Assembly: GCF_052425735.1 (NCBI RefSeq)
Contig: NC_135761.1
Span: 46,438,001-46,502,000 of the forward strand
Direction: 5' to 3'
Source of the DNA: Oculina patagonica
Taxonomy: Eukaryota
DNA: 64,000 nucleotides
Below, in pieces: positions 62,001 through 64,000 of this stretch (position 1 is its first letter; every line of letters begins with the position of its first letter). The translations under genes were made by a program, and so were the position numbers. Below the pieces are notes generated by a model, which was not told where the DNA came from, ran no database searches, and saw nothing but the letters and a program-made list of their open reading frames with translations.

Positions 62001-64000
62001 TACCATTTGCCGGAATAGACCGGATAGAACGACCGTTGAATAACGGTAGAAACGGTAAGTGTTTTTCCAAAATCAACAAACCAACCGAAAATGATAAAGC
62101 GGGCATTTATAATTCAGTTTCCAGTTATTGTTTTCCTTTCATGAGGAACTGGCAACGGGAAAAATGAACAAATAGTACAGAATTTTCCGACAATTCGAAC
62201 CAACCCGAATGAAAGGACTACTTTAAAACGTACTCAACAATTGATTTTCCGTAAAAGTAACTATTCTATTTGCTTTCCAACCCAAATTTCCGAGATTTTC
62301 GGTTAAAAAAAATCGATTTTTTTTATTTATTTAAGCAAAAACAACTCTGGTCGGCATGATCATTCTGGTCGGCATGATCATTCGATGACGTCACAGACTT
62401 GACGTCATGACAAAAATTTATTACCAAGGCACGTTTTATTTCAGTTCAATTTTGTTGTAATATCCCTCTACATAGACCCAAAACAGATTCTAAAATCCAA
62501 TTTCAAAATTCAAGAGTTCCTCTCAGGAAAGGTATGAAGCTTTAACAAACTTACTTTGTTCGCTGGCACTGCATTGTTGCTTTATGGGCGTTTATGTTGT
62601 TTCTGTTGAAGTTAGAGTCATTTCACCATGTAGCGTGCTAGCCGGCTTTGAAAAAAGAATAATTTGAGTTTCGAGACGAAAAATTCACTAATTTTCAATT
62701 CATAGCTTTGAATTAATTGTCCCTTTCGACTTTAGGTAACAAGAATTTAATTTTGTTCCAAGGAACAACTAATTTTGCATTCGGAAAAATCAACCTGTAG
62801 CAAAGAATTTCTAAAGAGAGCAACTCGATACCGTTCGTTCGTTATGAAGTGTTGACTACGGCTCGTTCAGAAGGTGTTTTAAGAGCATTTAAACGACTGT
62901 TTCAAGTTGTTTTTTCATATGACGCAAATTATTTCTTTATTAGTTTTTTTTTTCGTTCAAGACACATTTAAAATAAGATGAGTCTCATTTCTGGGTCGGC
63001 AGCGAAATTTTGACATACGTAAAAGCCAGGACGAATTTAGGCCAGTCCCTGAACTCTCTCTTCCGCGCGCCCTGCAAAGAGAGAGTCCAGGATAACTTGC
63101 ATGCGCATGCTCAGAACGAACCAATCAGAAGCGAGGAGTGTGGCGTCACTTGCTTGGGACGCGCGCGCTGGGTTAAAAATGCTCGCTCAAATGACGAATT
63201 CATTTAAATAAGCGCCTCAAGTGCGGCGCTTATTTGAGGGCGGCGCTTATTTAAAATTTGGACACCACAGCGAATCTCATCTTTTTACAGTAATTGAAAA
63301 TAACGTCTTTTGATTGTCAGTATTCGTCTTTTGCTGAATAGAGATGTGGCGCTAGCTGCCTTGGAAAAGTTCGCGGCCATTACAACATTTACAGCACTAC
63401 GTATTGTAAGAATGTTGGATAGAAAACTAATGAACGAGCGGTAAAACAGTCACTTTGAACTGCAAAACATCGCTTTTGATAGAAAGAATGGGATCTCTGA
63501 TCTTGGGGCGAGGACCGTGCATGAGAATGAGGCTGGTATTCAGTCCCTTACGAGTCCGCCGAGAGGATCCCAAGCATCGTACAGGGTTGTGGGATGCGGT
63601 CTCGCTCCAAACTCGTCAAATGGCTACTATAAACAAAAAGTTCTAGATGAGTCAGCCAAGCTGTGTCTGTTCGAAATTTCTGAAATATACTGCAACTCTT
63701 GAAATCCCTACCCTTTTATACTCTTCCACCTGCAAAAGAAGTACCCTCCCCACCCTCCCTCGGGCTACTAGTTGGGCTACGTGTTGACATTCAAGTACTA
63801 GATGTTCTATTTTAACCGACTATTAAAAAGCAAACTTTTGATTAGTTCTCCCAATCTCGCCTGCTGGCAGTCAGCTGAACAAAAAAATTGAACAAAACTT
63901 TAGAACGTGCTTTTAAATGGCTTTTATGCTATTACGTGGGTTTATCGATTCAGGCGTCAAATTTTCATTAGCAACAGCATATTCAACTTCCTCTTTGCTT

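Overview
Eukaryotic, intron-containing, AT-rich and MITE-dense DNA. The gene and repeat style suggests an anthozoan/stony coral (inference). Manually spliced genes in order: CHCHD1/mS37-like (-, 3 exons); a tandem cluster of four type-I acyl-CoA thioesterase/BAAT-family genes (+), all ending in a peroxisomal PTS1 but with different N-terminal start arrangements; RPS24 (-, 5 coding exons), head-to-head with an intronless fungal-type Bmt2 rRNA methyltransferase (+); and a synaptotagmin-15-like gene (-, N-terminus unresolved). Intergenic and intronic space holds many TIR elements with recognisable TSDs (several nested), a decayed multi-exon gene, a LINE 3' end, SINEs, a Penelope-like GIY-YIG fragment and two minimal hammerhead ribozymes. 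Most notable observations: (1) a ~45-bp G-U-compatible stem in the RPS24 last intron enclosing a candidate alternative C-terminal exon and poly(A) signal; (2) apparent partitioning of mitochondrial versus peroxisomal targeting among the ACOT paralogs through start-codon changes; (3) a hammerhead-bearing foldback element upstream of one ACOT; (4) a Penelope insertion whose TSD creates an AG|GT recursive-splice-like site. All coordinates were read by eye; repeat boundaries may be off by a few bases.
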